Part shown: piece after piece, positions 1-8,326 of the stretch
Position numbering within the stretch: the first letter of the stretch is position 1
How the letters are laid out: every line of letters starts with the position of its first letter
Assembly: GCA_045657485.1 (NCBI GenBank)
Contig: JAZOTE010000063.1
Coordinates: 107,395 to 171,394, forward strand
Reading direction: 5' to 3'
Length of the DNA stretch: 64,000 bases
DNA from: Eubacteriales bacterium
Lineage (GTDB): Bacteria; Bacillota; Clostridia; Oscillospirales; CAG-272
Notes under the pieces: model-generated
What the model was told of the DNA's origin: nothing
Databases searched by the model: none
What the model saw: the letters and a program-made list of their open reading frames with translations, nothing else
Position numbers and translations under genes: made by a program

Positions 1-258
1 AACAAACCCCTCTGTGTTGACAGAAATTTCATCGGTAGTATGAATTTTGTGTTCGGTCTTCGTGCCGTTGACAACTACATAACCATCATCATCAACAGTA
101 ATAACATCATCCTTGTGTGCAATTATTTCGGTAGCAACACCGTTTACAACAACGTAACCGTCATCATTCACGGAAACAGTCGGTTCACCATCTCCGCAGG
201 ACACAAGCGCGAAAACGAGTGCGAGAATTAAAAGAATACAACACAAAAGTTTTTTCAT
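1..258 (-). CDS. Putative lipoprotein, N-terminal 86 codons; gene runs off the left edge of the window
   Basis: ATG (complement of 256-258) follows AAAGGAGA. N-terminus MKKLLCCILLILALVFALVSCGDG has a signal peptide plus lipobox. Frame is open to position 1; absent from the ORF track because there is no stop in the window. Confidence 0.6.
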   Translation of the reverse strand, partial: MKKLLCCILLILALVFALVSCGDGEPTVSVNDDGYVVVNGVATEIIAHKDDVITVDDDGYVVVNGTKTEHKIHTTDEISVNTEGFV

Positions 259-358
259 TGTCTTTCTCCTTTTTGTCTATTGCTGTCATTATAGCATACT
301 GAATGTATTTAGTCAAGAATTATGGCAATATTTAGAGTGCAACTTTTTCGCAAACTCT

Positions 359-430
359 TTAGACACATCATTTACGGAAACATCAAAACGCGTTATAATG
401 TTTTCAGAAAATACGCAAACGATGTGTTCG
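359..430. repeat. H0: degenerate large-loop copy of the TTGGACACATCAT hairpin family
   Basis: Arms tAGACACATCAT (360-371) and ACGATGTGTTCg (419-430). Left flank 333-371 is homologous to the left flank of H6 (22836-22872). Confidence 0.4.
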
Positions 431-532
431 GCGAATGTGATTTTACGATTCAAAAGCTCCATAAGTCTTATTATACAAGACTTTTAAGAAAGTCTCCCCG
501 CTCTGAAGCTCTCCCAAAGCGTCTACTGCAAA

Positions 533-760
533 GAAATGATGGGCTTATACTCCTTACTCGCTACGCCTCTGCGCTTTGTTTGATGCTTGGTGCTACTCAC
601 CTTATTGCGCTACGCCCAACGCTCGAGGAGCAATCTTCGCAGACTCGCTTACAAGCAAGCTTGCAGACTTGCTCTGCGTCGATTATCCGGCGCAGGTAAC
701 AACCCTATGGTCGGTATGACCGTAGCTGTTGCGGTTGATATCGAAGAGGCAAGCAAATAA
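533..760 (+). repeat. Module A: ~150-bp arm, core GGCGCAGGTAAC (689-700), then conserved 23-codon tail ending TAA at 758-760
   Basis: Roughly 228 bp aligns with 16783-17010. The tail translates GAGNNPMVGMTVAVAVDIEEASK*. Confidence 0.75.
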
Positions 761-879
761 TTGAACAAAAAGCGTGATTTTATCAAGTAAATAGCAAGTT
801 TTTATCAAATTTGAAGCAAATTTTGATAAACTCTCTAACAACTTGAAATCATCTTTTTAGGGCTTCCTATAAAAAAGAG

Positions 880-921
880 TTGGACACATCATTTACGTGG
901 ATTACGTGATGATGTGTCTAA
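880..921. repeat. H1 hairpin (terminator-like), family TTGGACACATCAT/ATGATGTGTCCAA
   Basis: A-tract, 13-nt arm 880-892, 16-nt loop, arm 909-921 (one mismatch), then T-rich tail. Loop is nearly identical to the H6 loop. Confidence 0.75.
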
Positions 922-941
922 TTGTTTTTAGGAGAAAAAGT

Positions 942-1034
942 ATGAAAAAACTTAAAATGATGAGTGGCGGTTCGATTACTTCGGAAGATGGATGCAACAA
1001 GTATTTGGATATGCTTGAAGTTGGATATTTTTGA
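942..1034 (+). pseudogene. Tyrosine recombinase 5' stub (30 codons)
   Basis: AGGAG RBS, then MKKLKMMSGGSITSEDGCNKYLD. This matches the starts of the stubs at 2561, 18897 and 22922; homology ends after ...KYLD. Confidence 0.65.
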
Positions 1035-1052
1035 ATAATTCTAAAAATATGG

Positions 1053-1081
1053 TTTACAGCATGAAAAAAATATGTTACAAT
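1053..1081 (+). promoter_or_regulatory. Sigma-A-type promoter for the GH-A gene
   Basis: TTTACA-N17-TACAAT with an upstream TG (extended -10). Confidence 0.5.
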
Positions 1082-1164
1082 CATTAATAGAGATTTGTAA
1101 TGAGAAATATGGGTCAATAAATTACCAAAGATATTCAATAATTAGTACAAAGAGGAGATGCGCA

Positions 1165-2250
1165 ATGAGAGAAAGGTGGACAATCGAACAGGCCAATGAA
1201 TGGTACTTAAAGCAAGGTTGGCTTCGCGGATGCAATTTTATAGGTAGTGACTGCGCTAACCGTCTTGATATGTTTCAAAGTTACAAGTCTGAGGAGAAGC
1301 TTAAAACCGCCGAGCGTGAATTGGCGTTGGCACAGAAAATCGGCTTTAATACGGTTCGTATTTGGGCAAATTTTGACGTATATTACGCCGAGCCAGAATC
1401 ATATATGGAGATATTTGAAAGATACATAGAGCTTTGCTCCAAATACAACCAAAAGGTTATGGTCGTGCTCACTCACGAGGAAGATCTTCCGAGAGGAGAC
1501 GTTTTCGTTCCTAAGCCAATGGGTGAGCAAAATTATGCTCTTGGTTATCATCAGGGAAGATTTCCCCTGACTGAGGAAGAGGCAAGCACTCCGATACGTC
1601 ACTATTATGAATACCCGGACGTCAGGCCGGTTTTCCTCGAGTTTATCAGAAAAACAATAAATAAGTACAAAAACGACGAGAGAATATTGTGTTGGAATCT
1701 TTACAACGAGCCGAGCCACGACCTTTCCGACGATAGAAGCGGTGAGATACTCGATGCGGTGTACAATATAGCGCGCGAGGAGGATCCAATACAACCGTTG
1801 ACCGTTGACCTGTGGCGCGGATTTGTCGATGGACGTCCAAAGACCGCAGAACAACAGAGGGCGCTTGAGATGTCCGACGTTATCAGCTTCCATTCATATG
1901 ATTCCTATGAGCGAGTAGTGGAGGATATTGATATTCTTAAAAGAGAAAATCGACCTTTGCTGCTGACGGAGTGGCTTCACAGAGTGAAGCATAACAACGT
2001 GTTTGATATATATCCGCTCTTGTATATAACCAACGTCGCAAATTATTGTTGGGGATTTGTTGCCGGAAAAACACAGACCACAGAGCCGTGGGAGGATATA
2101 TGGCAGAAGTGGAACGAGGGTGTTGATTGGGGATTCGATTTTACAAAGTGGCAGCACGATCTTTTCCGTCCTAATTTACGCCCTTATGATCCAAAAGAAA
2201 TCAAGTTGATAGAGAAATTCAACAAATTGGCTGCTGATGGAGATAGGTAG
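1165..2250 (+). CDS. Clan GH-A (GH5-like) glycoside hydrolase, cytoplasmic
   Basis: AGAGGAG RBS lies before ATG 1165; the track start at 1072 has none. WNLYNEP (acid/base Glu) and LLLTEW (nucleophile Glu) motifs are present. No signal peptide. Confidence 0.65.
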   Translation: MRERWTIEQANEWYLKQGWLRGCNFIGSDCANRLDMFQSYKSEEKLKTAERELALAQKIGFNTVRIWANFDVYYAEPESYMEIFERYIELCSKYNQKVMVVLTHEEDLPRGDVFVPKPMGEQNYALGYHQGRFPLTEEEASTPIRHYYEYPDVRPVFLEFIRKTINKYKNDERILCWNLYNEPSHDLSDDRSGEILDAVYNIAREEDPIQPLTVDLWRGFVDGRPKTAEQQRALEMSDVISFHSYDSYERVVEDIDILKRENRPLLLTEWLHRVKHNNVFDIYPLLYITNVANYCWGFVAGKTQTTEPWEDIWQKWNEGVDWGFDFTKWQHDLFRPNLRPYDPKEIKLIEKFNKLAADGDR

Positions 2251-2269
2251 ATAGAAGGAAAAATTCTCT

Positions 2270-2368
2270 ATGCGCTTCATGTATTTTATTCTCACGGGCG
2301 CAGGTAACACCCCACAGGCTTTAATGACTGTTGCAGTTGCAGTTGCTGTTAAGGAAGCGAGCAAATAA
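2270..2368 (+). CDS. 32-aa micro-ORF MRFMYFILTGAGNTPQALMTVAVAVAVKEASK (module B; core GGCGCAGGTAAC at 2297-2308)
   Basis: GAAGGA sits 10 nt upstream of the ATG. The C-terminal 23 codons are homologous to the tails at 689, 16939 and 18550. It may be only an att-associated gene end rather than a real gene. Confidence 0.35.
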   Translation: MRFMYFILTGAGNTPQALMTVAVAVAVKEASK

Positions 2369-2487
2369 TTTTGAATCTGCTGCAAAATAAACCCAATATT
2401 TTTAAATTCTCATTTGAATTACAAAAAATATACCGGGTTTTATTATAGCATTGTAAAAGTCTTTTTACGAAAATACAAAACAAAAAG

Positions 2488-2530
2488 TTGGACACATCAT
2501 TTTAAGGCTTTGTGCCTATGATGTGTCCAA
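2488..2530. repeat. H2 hairpin, perfect 13-bp stem
   Basis: TTGGACACATCAT (2488-2500), 17-nt loop, ATGATGTGTCCAA (2518-2530). A-tract before and T-tract after. Confidence 0.8.
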
Positions 2531-2560
2531 TGTTTTTTGTTTTTAAGGAGGGCTTTTGCA

Positions 2561-2734
2561 ATGAAAAAGCTTAAAATGAAGGTGGCGACAACACTTACCT
2601 TTGAGGAAGGTTGCAACCTTTATCTGAATAATTGCCGTGAACGATATTTGAGAGAAGGCACTGTTAGACATTACAGACAAAGTTATGACCGGTTTTACAA
2701 ATATTACGATAGAGATATCTTAGACGTTAGTTAA
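2561..2734 (+). pseudogene. Tyrosine recombinase 5' stub (57 codons, N-terminal core-binding/SAM-like domain only)
   Basis: AAGGAGG RBS, then MKKLKMKVATTLTFEEGCNLYLNNCRERYLREGTVRHYRQSYDRFYKYY. The stub ends where the convergent gene 2720-3886 ends. Confidence 0.7.
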
Positions 2735-3886
2735 ATTCTCCTTTGTGACAATCTCAACTTCGCCGTCAATCTGCAAAAACGGAATGAGCTCACCGAGTTC
2801 ACTCTTTTGCGATATATCTCGAAGCCTTAACTTTTTTACAGTTACGTTCTCATCTACCGTAAGGAATGGAGTAGGATAGCATTTTTCCACTCTTCGCGCA
2901 TTGTAAATGCTAAGTCCGTCAACATCAAGTCCTTTTTGCACCCATATTATCGGGCGTTTGCCGCTCTCAACGTCGACTGTTCCCGTGCAGGTCTCTGCAA
3001 AGAGATTTTCTATAGTTATGTTTTCTATTTTCCCACGCTCATCGTCACCGCCGTGATACTTTGTTAAACCGATGCAATAGGTGTAGTAAGAGCCGAAAAC
3101 GTTGCGTATTGTGACGTTCTTAACAGGCACACCGTGGGATAGTATTCTGATAGCACTATGTGAGCCCTCTGAATAGATACCGTCAACAACAATATTTTCA
3201 ATAGGTCCGTAAAGTATATCGTCAGCGGTCAAGGCAAGAAGGTCATCGTGGCACGCGCCCTTTAAATTCGTAATGTAGCCGTTTCTGCAATTTCCTTCAA
3301 TGTGGACGCCATCCATATTCCAAAGCTTAGGACTTCCCTCGGTGTAGTCAAATATAATATCCTGAACGGTGAAGTCCTCTATGTAGCCCAAATGAACTCC
3401 GTAAACCACGGGGTTTCTAAAGGTTATATTCTTCAAAATGAAGCGGCGAACTCGACAGAAACGCATACACATTCCCGTATATGCACCTCTTATAAAGCTC
3501 TTACAAGTAGAAAGAGCCGACCAATCCCTATATCCGATGCCTATTTTCTCAAACCAATACTTGCCATCATCGTCGGGGAAATGATAAGGATTTGGCCACT
3601 GGTTATTATGATTCATATCCCAGATTCCGCCATCGATACAGATATTCTCCGAATAGGTCTCAAAATTGTCGTTTTCTATCATCTCGCAATTTGCCTTATC
3701 CGCAAGTTTTATCACGGCAAATCTTGGCAAACGGAGGGTCTGTCCGCCGTGAATCTTCAGCGTCTTACTGATAACGTAAAACTTCTCCGGCGCAGGCAAA
3801 GCAACCTCGCATATAAGCGAATCGAGCATTTCCTGTATAGCGGGATAGTCGTCGTGAATTCCGTCCCCGTATAATCTGTGTTTCAT
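2720..3886 (-). CDS. Pectate-lyase-superfamily / GH28-related right-handed beta-helix protein
   Basis: N-terminal GDGIHDDYPAIQEML opener and repetitive beta-helix rungs. No signal peptide. Confidence 0.55.
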   Translation of the reverse strand: MKHRLYGDGIHDDYPAIQEMLDSLICEVALPAPEKFYVISKTLKIHGGQTLRLPRFAVIKLADKANCEMIENDNFETYSENICIDGGIWDMNHNNQWPNPYHFPDDDGKYWFEKIGIGYRDWSALSTCKSFIRGAYTGMCMRFCRVRRFILKNITFRNPVVYGVHLGYIEDFTVQDIIFDYTEGSPKLWNMDGVHIEGNCRNGYITNLKGACHDDLLALTADDILYGPIENIVVDGIYSEGSHSAIRILSHGVPVKNVTIRNVFGSYYTYCIGLTKYHGGDDERGKIENITIENLFAETCTGTVDVESGKRPIIWVQKGLDVDGLSIYNARRVEKCYPTPFLTVDENVTVKKLRLRDISQKSELGELIPFLQIDGEVEIVTKENLTNV

Positions 3887-3971
3887 AATAACTCCCTAAT
3901 AAAATCTGTTTATCCTAATAATTATAACACAATTCAAATAAAAAATCAATGATTGCAATTCATAATCAATA

Positions 3972-4721
3972 CTATCTCCAGGCGTCAGTAATGGAAAGGG
4001 CAAAATCGTCGGCGGTTCCGAAAACAGGAGCTAACGAGAATATCGCGTATAGTCCTCCCTCAACAAAATCAATATAGAGCCTGTTGTAAATGTTTTCAAC
4101 AGAGTCTATCCTTACACCTGCAACATATCGAAAGGTTTCATCCTTTACGGGAAATGAGAGATAGTATTCTCCGTGCTCCGTAGGTCTTGCCTAGGCATAG
4201 AGCTTGTTTTCTGCTTCCAACAGATCAACACTATTCCAAACCGCAGGCATAGAGGATGCGCCCGAAAGGTGAGGCGAGGTGCGAATAATAATTCCTGCGA
4301 TGTAAAAGCCCTCTCGCTCGGTTATAGTTACGGTTGGGGGTTCAGAGGTTTTATTCTTTTCAAGATTTACAAGAGGGTTCGGTGCTGGCGGCCGGTGAGA
4401 GCCAACGCGTTGCCTGTATTTCTCGGGGGAGTAGGAGTAAACCTTTTTGAATGCCTTTGAAAAACCGCTGTGAGATTCAAAGCCGTATTCAAGGGCGACA
4501 TCTATTATACGCTTTCCTGCGCAAATATCATATGCGGCTCTTGCAAGGCGCGCACGGCGTATATATTCCATAATCGGCATTCCTACATAAAACAAAAAAA
4601 TCTTGCAGAAATGATAGGTGGAAAATCCCGCCCTTTGCGCAAGCATCTTGGAGGAAAGAGGCGACGATAGATTTTTTGTTATAAAATCGACTGTTTGGTT
4701 TATAATCTTCTGATAGTGCAT
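3972..4721 (-). pseudogene. AraC-type HTH + GyrI-like effector-domain regulator interrupted by one in-frame TAG (complement of 4191-4193)
   Basis: The HTH region reads ...EYGFESHSGFSKAFKKVYSYSPEKYR. The same frame continues past the TAG for 72 more codons (ARPTEHGEYYLSFPVKDETFRYVAGVRIDS...ITDAWR*) and completes the GyrI-like domain. Confidence 0.7.
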
Positions 4722-4863
4722 GCCGTCCTCCTTTTTTTATATTATAACATATAATTTTGGGTTTCGCTGTTCCAAATTTGCGAAATTAGAGATGTGCTTG
4801 GGATTTTCCGAGCTTTTAAATATGCGGTTTACTCATTCTGGCACAAAATCATAAACAAAAAAT

Positions 4864-4890
4864 TTGGCACATCACAATTTGTTTTTATAG
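4864..4890. repeat. H3: degenerate half-copy of the hairpin family
   Basis: AAAAAATTTGGCACATCACaatttgttttt resembles the A-tract plus left arm. Confidence 0.3.
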
Positions 4891-5036
4891 CAATCAAAAG
4901 CATAGTGTAAGTTTTTTGGACTTTTTTGTTCTGTTTTCGCTTTTGTCTGCGGAGATTTTTTCGCATATCGAAAAAGATATTAATCATTATAGGCAGAGCT
5001 ATAATATTTTTGCATTCGGAAATTTTCCGGCAAAAA

Positions 5037-5077
5037 ACGGATATATTATAATGGCGTGCCCAAAATGATATATCCGT
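5037..5077. terminator. Bidirectional rho-independent terminator-like hairpin
   Basis: ACGGATATAT...ATATATCCGT 10-bp stem flanked by an A-run and a T-run. Confidence 0.5.
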
Positions 5078-5237
5078 CTTTTATTAAGTATATAGCTTTC
5101 CGTTGTATCGGTTAACTATATTTTTATTTAAAGGTTAAATATATTTTGCTTTGAATTTTAAATAAACCATTTTTCGCTTTGCGAGGCTGATCTATTCGTG
5201 CGAAAAATTTATTAATTTAGTTGAGGGATTATTGATT

Positions 5238-6191
5238 TCAGCGCGAGAATTTGCGAATTGCATCCGCATACGAGGAAACGTCAAAGTCACCGTAGAGTTC
5301 GTGGTAATCGTCACCGAGATAGCAGGCAAAGGACGTGAGCCAATCAAATCCCAGCTCGGCGTATTTTTCCACATCGTTTCGCATCAGCTGCTCATCGAGG
5401 GTGAATTTTTTCGGGGGTCTTACTCTGCCCGAGAAAATGGAGTTATCAAACCAATATTCAAGCACCTTGGGCGATTCGGAATTAAAGGTTTTCATCAAAG
5501 GCTCAAGCATTTTTCTTTCGCGCTCTTTCTTTGCCTCAGCATCGTCGCCCACAGCGGTGTATTTTTCAAAGGGTGCGTACTCAAGAAAGACGCCTTTATC
5601 GGGAAGAATTTTTGCGGGCGGAACAATGCTATCGAAATATGCAAGGTATGCCATTTTTGCATTAGGAACGGATTTTTTGATCTCTTTGAGCATTGCGTTA
5701 ACAACGATCATTTGCTGCTCGGACGGAGAATATTTTCTGCAATTTTCGCAAGAGCAATGTGTGTCTCTGCCATCGTCCATCCAAAAATAGAAATTCGGCT
5801 CAGTGCCATAGAGCATTGAGGCAAGTCTCGCCGCTCTTCTAACGCAGAGGGCAAGGGCATCAGGATTTGTGACGCAGAAGTTCCAATCGTTTACTCTTTC
5901 GCCCTCGGAATTCATTCTGAAGTATTCCGGGTGTTCGCCGATCAGATCTCTTGGAACAAGATAACCTGCGGCGTGAAGCTCGTACTCGATTTTAACCCCG
6001 CGAGACTTAGCGTAGTCTATAAGCTCTCGATAGTCCTTTGTTGCAACAAGCTCCTCCAGCTCAAAAACAAATTTATAAGCTTCCTTTCCGCCTTCGGAAT
6101 GAATACCGAGAATATCAAGCCCGGCATCTGCCATTCGGTCTATCCATCTTTTTGAAAGATCCTGCGGATTTATAATAAGTCCTGAAGTCAT
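5238..6191 (-). CDS. DUF4838/GH20-like TIM-barrel protein
   Basis: FWMDDGRDTHCSCENCRKYS (CxCxxC block) and overall layout. Last gene of a tight 4-gene operon. Confidence 0.45.
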   Translation of the reverse strand: MTSGLIINPQDLSKRWIDRMADAGLDILGIHSEGGKEAYKFVFELEELVATKDYRELIDYAKSRGVKIEYELHAAGYLVPRDLIGEHPEYFRMNSEGERVNDWNFCVTNPDALALCVRRAARLASMLYGTEPNFYFWMDDGRDTHCSCENCRKYSPSEQQMIVVNAMLKEIKKSVPNAKMAYLAYFDSIVPPAKILPDKGVFLEYAPFEKYTAVGDDAEAKKERERKMLEPLMKTFNSESPKVLEYWFDNSIFSGRVRPPKKFTLDEQLMRNDVEKYAELGFDWLTSFACYLGDDYHELYGDFDVSSYADAIRKFSR

Positions 6192-6227
6192 ATCGCTTTC
6201 CTTTTCGGTAGTATTTTAAATAATTGC

Positions 6228-8306
6228 TTACAGTTCAAAAACAAGTTTGCCGCCCGCCATAATATCCACTATGTCAATACGGAAATTCTGAATTTCTTTG
6301 CCGTTGAATCTAACGGAGCTTATATATTTTGCTCCCTTATCTATTACGGAAATTTCCAGCGTTTTACCGGATGAAAGGGATATTTGGGCACTCTTTATCA
6401 TTGGCAATCCAACCAGAAATTCTCCGCGTCCGCTTGCAGGGAACAATCCCAAAACGTTCCACACCAAAAGCGATGACAGACCGCCCGAGTCGTTGTTTCC
6501 GGGCAAGCCGCACCGACCTGTGCCAAACGATCTGGTGACACACTCTCGGATTATATCCTCAAGTCTGTCGTGCCGCCCCGCAAAGATATATGCAAAGGGC
6601 GTCTCCATGTCACATTCGTTGTTGAAGCCCTCAAATCTATGATACGCTGTTTTGGCGATGTCCGGGTATGCATCAAGATGCCTTATCGGTTTTATACTCT
6701 CGCCCGTGAAGCCGAAGAAATCGTCAAGAGCCTTGCAAAGCTTTTCTTTGCCGCCGAGAAGGGCAACCCTCTCTTCCATATTATTTTGGATACGGAATGA
6801 GTAGGTGTATCTATCCCCCTCATAATAAGGTGCGTTATCGGACATAAGTCCGTCGTTACCGTATGCGATCTTCCAATTCTCGGAGAGCTTTTTGAGTCTT
6901 TTTGCAAGCTTTTTGCTGTTTGTAATCTTAGCTAAGGCAAGACAAGTGTCCGTAACGTCGAGAATATGTGTGTATCTTTCAAACGAGCCGGAAAGAACGA
7001 AGAGCTTGAAATCATCGCGGCAAAGCTCCCGCTCTGCACATTCCTCAATAAGTGAAACAGTCGCATCTTCAATACCCATATAGTGGGCGTCAACGAGTGT
7101 CAGAACTCCAAGCATTTTTGCTTGCATTTCTGCAGGAAAAATATCCGAAAGACAGAAGCTGCAGGGTATACTTCCAAGTACTCTGCTTATATTACCGATT
7201 GTGCGGACAAGCTTACCGCCCATTTCGGGGTATGCAAAGTAAATCAAGGGATATGCTGTCTTGTATTGATCCCAGAGGGTTGCAAGATCCACGACCGTGT
7301 CTTGCGCAACTCCGAGAACACATTCACCCGTCATATCAACCGGTTTCACGAGCGAGTGATAAAGATTTGAATAAAACTTTCCGAGAAGCTCATCCGACTC
7401 AGCTTCAATTTTGAATTTTGAGAGATGCTCGTTCCAGATTTCATATGCTTTTGATCTTGCGCTGTCAAAATCAAGCTCGGCAGAAAGAAGCTCTTCTTTT
7501 GCTCTCTTTGCTGATACTGTGGAATAGGCAACGGCAATTTCGCATACGTTTCCGTCGGCGTTGAATACCGCCTGCATCGGAAGATTAGCACTTTCGGCTT
7601 TGAGTGTTTTTTTGTCGTTTTTTTTGCTATCTTGGCATAAATATGCGACCCGTGTCGAGTTTTTTGCACGAGCTACAAAGTAAAGCCTTATTCCGGAGAA
7701 GATTCCCGAAAATGAAATTTCGCCTTCCTCTTCAAGCAAAAGGGTACAATCCTTGATTGTTCCCCGATACTTTTTATCGAAAGCCGTACTTAAACCGTCG
7801 TTTGAAAAATCTATGGCAACCTTTCCGCCTGTATTGGGAAAGCTGTATCTATGAAGTGCGACGCCTCCGCTTACTGTCATTTCGCACTTTATGCCGCCAA
7901 GCTCCGCAGAGTAGTAACCGGGGACCGCAAACTCATTTTTGATGGGGTGATACACCCTGCTGTTTTTTTCGTCACCGAAAAAGGGTGTTGTGAGAGCGTA
8001 ATTATAGAAAAATTGAATGTCTCCGGTTCCGCTTTGGTGAAGATGGGTAAATCCCACAGCAAGCATTTCATCGGAAAGCTTGCGTATTCCGCCGCAGGAA
8101 TTGGGATAATGAGTGCCATATCCTGTGGGGTAAGCCCCGCTGTACGCGCCAACGGACATTTTTCCAAACGGAAGTGTTGCGTGGGGAATCGTATTGCCAC
8201 ATTGCGCTTTTATGTAAAACCATTTTGACGCAAGTCCTTCGTCAAAAAATCTGTCGGTTTCACCGTTTCCCATAAAAACGTCTACGTGTTTGCAAATGTC
8301 AATCAT
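6228..8306 (-). CDS. GH92-like alpha-mannosidase
   Basis: GFTHLHQSGTG and GLPGNNDSGGLSS correspond to conserved GH92 blocks. No signal peptide. Confidence 0.65.
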   Translation of the reverse strand: MIDICKHVDVFMGNGETDRFFDEGLASKWFYIKAQCGNTIPHATLPFGKMSVGAYSGAYPTGYGTHYPNSCGGIRKLSDEMLAVGFTHLHQSGTGDIQFFYNYALTTPFFGDEKNSRVYHPIKNEFAVPGYYSAELGGIKCEMTVSGGVALHRYSFPNTGGKVAIDFSNDGLSTAFDKKYRGTIKDCTLLLEEEGEISFSGIFSGIRLYFVARAKNSTRVAYLCQDSKKNDKKTLKAESANLPMQAVFNADGNVCEIAVAYSTVSAKRAKEELLSAELDFDSARSKAYEIWNEHLSKFKIEAESDELLGKFYSNLYHSLVKPVDMTGECVLGVAQDTVVDLATLWDQYKTAYPLIYFAYPEMGGKLVRTIGNISRVLGSIPCSFCLSDIFPAEMQAKMLGVLTLVDAHYMGIEDATVSLIEECAERELCRDDFKLFVLSGSFERYTHILDVTDTCLALAKITNSKKLAKRLKKLSENWKIAYGNDGLMSDNAPYYEGDRYTYSFRIQNNMEERVALLGGKEKLCKALDDFFGFTGESIKPIRHLDAYPDIAKTAYHRFEGFNNECDMETPFAYIFAGRHDRLEDIIRECVTRSFGTGRCGLPGNNDSGGLSSLLVWNVLGLFPASGRGEFLVGLPMIKSAQISLSSGKTLEISVIDKGAKYISSVRFNGKEIQNFRIDIVDIMAGGKLVFEL

Positions 8307-8326
8307 TAAGCTTTACCTTTCCGTTT

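Noticed and set aside
322-699. 125-aa ORF from the track
   Set aside because: It runs across a hairpin remnant and the non-coding arm of module A, has no RBS, and ends inside the core in a frame not conserved in the other copies.
678-719. Programmed -1 frameshift joining the upstream arm frame (…VDYPAQVTT…) to the conserved tail frame at the core
   Set aside because: There is no slippery heptamer at or near GGCGCAGGTAAC. The upstream arm shows about equal synonymous and non-synonymous change in every frame (A versus C) and lacks a start codon. Copies B and D have unrelated sequence upstream of the core.
4191-4193. Amber codon as pyrrolysine or another recoding event
   Set aside because: No pyl genes or other recoding signals are visible in the window. 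A nonsense mutation is the simpler reading. It remains listed as a finding only because the downstream frame is intact.
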